64,000 nucleotides of DNA from the human T2T-CHM13v2.0 reference genome, Homo sapiens: NCBI RefSeq assembly GCF_009914755.1, contig NC_060926.1, one strand, 5' to 3'. Numbering within the stretch: the first letter of the stretch is position 1; the number at the start of each line of letters is the position of its first letter. A program made the position numbers and the translations under genes. A model generated the notes under the pieces. It saw only the letters and a program-made list of their open reading frames with translations. It searched no databases and was not told the origin of the DNA. Positions 59,936 through 64,000 of the stretch are shown here, one piece after another.

Positions 59936-60439
59936 CAATGGGTCAATCATTTGGAAGTATGCACTGTTAAAATGCTGGTATAAATCTTTCCAAGCTTTTC
60001 CAAACTTACCTCCTATGATGATTGGGACTACTTTTTTCCCCTTTCTGAGACTTGTATCAAATTGTAAGTATGTGTGTCCACGGCAATATTTCAAAGGATA
60101 ATGACATCTGTTAGAAGAATCAGAAGAACCTTCTTGTCCTCTTCTTATAAGTAGAAAGTTGCCTTTCAGAAAAGTCCTGCCTGGAGTATTACTTTCTACA
60201 TGTTGATTAGGTTTTAATGAATTAGATTTTATAGATCAAGGAAAAAGACATGGATCTAAAATCCAGCTACCCTGAATTATCTTTTTTTTCCTTCTCAGAA
60301 GTGACTAAGAAAAAATGTTCATATGTAGTATCTAGTGCAGTTCCAGATATTCACAGCTGTTGACTGGGATGATAAAAAACAAAGCTTGTAGTTTATAGTT
60401 TTTAAGTGTGGAAAGTATAGGATTGTCTTTTATCTCTGA

Positions 60440-61952
60440 CTGTGACATTCATAATAATCACTGCATTTTGCTTGTTTCTGATGATCAGGTGCTACCAGAC
60501 AGTCTCTCTGATCTGGGGAGCATACCACCACATTGCTCTTGGGGAAGCCAGTCCTTCAGCAATATATGTTGTCTATGGAGGGCAAGACTGGCATAGAGAG
60601 GACAGCTCCACTGACTTTACTAACAACGTTGGTGCCCATCCTAGTAGCACATCCCTTAGCACTTTGGTAACTCAAACTGTCATTGCTTTTCATTGTAGAC
60701 ACACATTTTGATTTTTAAAACAAGTACAAATAACAGATGGTACACTCAAAGTGGTCTAGTCAACAGAAGAGAACTTAACATACTTACTCTGGCTCCCCCA
60801 TGATAGTTAACCAGTTAGTTGTTTGGCTTTAGATAGTATATCCACTTTAGAATGCTTATTCATTTGAGGTATTTGATTACTTCTTCCCCTTTTTCAAGGT
60901 AGATTTGGTGTCTCTACTTCTCTTAGAGTGGACCATCTCTTTTACTAAGCTTCTACGGCTCAACCAGTGTGTATAAGCACTGTATCCCAGGGTCCTTTCT
61001 AATAGGTTCTAGTTCTAGGATTTGAAATCTTGTATTATATGTGAATGCTCCCATATTGGTACTTTCTCTTGTTTTACTTGACATCTGTTCCTCTCCCTCC
61101 TTGATCCAGCATTATCAGCATCTGGCCCCACACATACTCTCCATGTTCTTGACCCAGCATGTTGGCTGGGTCCAGCAGCTCCTTCTGTGCACTGCCTCAT
61201 TTTCTTCCTTAGCCAGCCCAGCACTTCTTGGCAGGGCAGGGTTATGCTGTGAATTGACCCTTTCATTGGTCCAATAGGAAGATAGATGAGGGTAGATTAT
61301 GAGGGGAGCACATGTTATCTAACAAAGAAGACTCTTTTCATTATATTTAAGCAAGGGGAGAAAGCTTATGTTTTGATCTGTTGGAGAGGTAGTTTAGGAT
61401 ATTACATGCCTAAAGTGTTCAGAATGATCTGGGTATTCAAGAATTCCAGCTTCCTTGACCCAGATGTAACCATTTCAGGTGTCTGAGTCTTATTCCTTCA
61501 TAATCAAGGACTTGACCCAGCCCAGCATATCTGCTAAGGTTGGTAATGCATCTATCTCTAGAGTTCTGCTAATCTTAGTCCTGGCACAAGAACATCGGGT
61601 TATTTTGACCTCTGGCTATTCTGGAAGAGACTCTTTATATGCTGCTAAGAAGAACTTCTGGCTTAGAAAATTTACCTTATATTGTTGATTAACTAGTACA
61701 TTGAGGGCTTCCATTCATCTGATTCTATAATCCTTGAGTTGTCCTTGGATCTCCCAAATGCCTACAATGTTGCACCTCCTGGTGCAGTCCCTTCTCCAGG
61801 ATTCCAGTATTAGTTTCACCACTTGTGAAAGGTTTGTAATTGCCCTCAGACTACCCCAAGTGCTATCTATCCACCATCTACCACCAGAGATAGGGGCTCC
61901 GTGGCCAGTTGGTTAGTAAGCCACTCCTCTTCTAAAATCACTTCTAGTACCA
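60440..61952 (-). mobile_element. ERVL (HERV16/ERV3-16A3-like) internal 5' region: decayed gag + PBS
   Basis: Minus strand shows gag-like 'ggatcaaggaggg...aatatgggagc' and 'ctaaagtggatatactat'. tRNA-Leu-type PBS 'tggtactagaagtg' at 61952-61939. Confidence 0.7.
60669..60780 (+). repeat. Dispersed copy of 59356-59421 + 59469-59514
   Basis: Near-identical sequence read directly at both positions. Confidence 0.93.
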
Positions 61953-61954
61953 AC

Positions 61955-62290
61955 TCTAGTAAGTGAGGTTCTTCAGGGAACAGTTTCTGGGATAAGTGTG
62001 CAGGAAGTTTATTGCTGAGAAATTCCAGGAATAACATTTGTGAAGGGTGAGGAAAGCAGGATTGAGCAGAGGGCAGAGTTCATCTGTAATGCAGCTATAA
62101 CAGAGGCCTCCGTTGATCCAAAGGGAAGCTCTGGAATTGGGATAGTTTTTCAGAGTTGTCCTGAATTGTCAAGGCATTTGTTCTCCATCAGTCATTGTGT
62201 GCGGGCTGCCCTCTGGGAGAAGGACAGAGCAGTTCCTGGCAAGGGGCTTAGCTCTGTGTAATTGGCAACTAACCCTCCTGGCCACTGGAG
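61955..62290 (-). mobile_element. LTR16-like 5' LTR
   Basis: 'gtgcaggaagtttattg...aagcaggattgagcagaggg...gggaagctctggaattgggat', adjacent to the PBS. Confidence 0.75.
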
Positions 62291-64000
62291 GTGTCAATCC
62301 ATTGCTTTTGCTACAAGTACTTCCTACATGGGTGGTGAAAGAAACAAGACATCAATGACTTTATTGCACTGAATTTTCTTAGCTAAATGAAATGAGTAAT
62401 TTAATAATTTAATAGACTACATATCTAATATCAATCATGTCAGGTAAGATTTGTTAAAGGATTGGAAAAACACTGGAATTTCTGCATCATTTTCTGGATA
62501 ACATTTATGCCATTATGGGACCTTTGGTATAAGCTCATTTCTTTGGTTAGTCATAGAATTTTCATATCTCATACCTTGTAATTTAATTAATTGGCAATGG
62601 CTTTTTATGTGGGACTCTTGCTCACATGGAGTCTAATCAATATTCTCAATTTGCACATGTAGTCTAAGTATAGCTTTAAAATGACTCCAGATCCATGAAC
62701 AGTTGAAAGCTTTTGTGATAAAATAACATAAAATATACATAATTATGAACTTAATATTAAAAACCACAAATGCTTCAAATAAATTACTAAAAGAACACCT
62801 TTGCAAAGACCCTCTGCTCCAAAGTTTAGTATACAGCAAGAGAAAATTAAGAAAACTGGACTTGATTCTGACAAATGTGTAAGTGTCCAGTAGAAGAAAT
62901 AATAGTTATACAAAGGAAGCAAAGCTGGTCCTATCAGGGCTAACACTGGTGCCTTTATGCAAATTACAACAAACGGAAAAATCAGTATCTTCTCTAGGTG
63001 GACTTGCCTCCAGGAATACACTGCTTAGGAAATAACTATTTCTTATTTGTATCAGTTAAGAAAAGGACCCCCCATATTGTAGATTGATGAAGCCCTATCC
63101 TAGGGAGTGTGCTTGGCAAACAGAATGTAGTCTGGATTCCAATCCCTACCTGCTCTTTCAGTTTATGCCTTCATGCAGTGAAAAACTTGTATAACTGCAT
63201 GTTGGCCTTGTAAGCCTTGGGTGCATAACGGGTAGCGAAGGCAGTCATTCAAATAGTATGTCTAGAGATCCCGAAGAACGACATACGAGCCCAACATATG
63301 GCTTGTATAATTCAAGACTGAATCAGTATTAAATTATTAAGATTCACATTAATAATTATTTTTGTTGTTAAGAATTGGTTTTAATATGTTTTTAGCCATT
63401 ACCACTTTAGTTCTAATTAAATTTTCATTTCAATTGACTGAATAAATAATGCTTACAAAAAGTAACGGTTAACTATGGGAGAAGAAAATTCTGGTGCAGG
63501 AAGTAATGACTGGAGCTGCCAGAGCAACTGCTTTGGAGTATATGCGAAGTAGGGACCTAGAAGAGGGCAGCCCTAGAATATTTTGGTGCAAAACATCAGC
63601 CAATAAGGAGCTGTCCTAAAAGTACAGGGAGTAGAGAGTAGTATTGATACTTTTACTTTCTAAAAACAAATCCCTCGTGAAGTCTTAGGAATGATTGTAT
63701 TAGAATCAGTTATACCAATCATGCTAGAATATGTGGAGGAAAAACATAATTGACTTACATAAAGATGCAGCTCAGGGACACCCCTGCAAGATGGAAAAGA
63801 AAGAGAGAGGCATTTCCTTTCTAATTTAGCGCCATGTCACTTTTCCTTAAACATTTCCAATCAATTCATCATACTTATTTAATAACCTTGATCTTGCCAC
63901 TGATTTAAGTACATTTTCTGAGCAGTTTTCTGTCCAGTATTTTTTCAAAACAACAAACAAATATTGGTAAAAAGGTGACAAGATATAGATAATCTTGTTC

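Noticed and set aside
59670-60101. 143-aa ORF with ATG start
   Set aside because: It begins inside an old LTR and runs into AT-rich flank, with no recognisable domain.

Overview
This is primate (human-like) non-coding DNA: AT-rich, CpG-poor and dense in repeats. I found no credible protein-coding exon, RNA gene, CpG island or CRISPR array. The listed ORFs are mostly read-throughs of Alu, L1, LTR or microsatellite sequence, and the rest are short AT-rich ORFs. Recognisable content includes about 17 Alus (J/S/Y), a near full-length L1PB with target-site duplication (TSD), a long L1MC, L1PA/L1MA/L1ME fragments, MLT1 LTRs, an ERVL gag remnant with primer-binding site (PBS) and LTR16-like LTR, DNA transposons (MER1B, MER63, MER5), MIR/L2 remnants and simple repeats. 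The most interesting structure is a 2.5-kb composite at 7942-10457. It reads inverted L1PA, then MIR plus unique sequence plus an Alu fragment, then a sense L1PA 3' end, and it sits inside one MLT1 LTR. This looks like a twin-primed retrotransposition that carried 5' flanking DNA from another locus. Other notable items are a two-piece locally templated insertion in ERVL gag, two tail-less Alus with TSDs, an Alu with an inverted tail, and a motif-dense candidate enhancer at about 19.2-19.8 kb. Repeat families were called by eye from remembered consensus sequences, so subfamily names and the boundaries of old elements are approximate.
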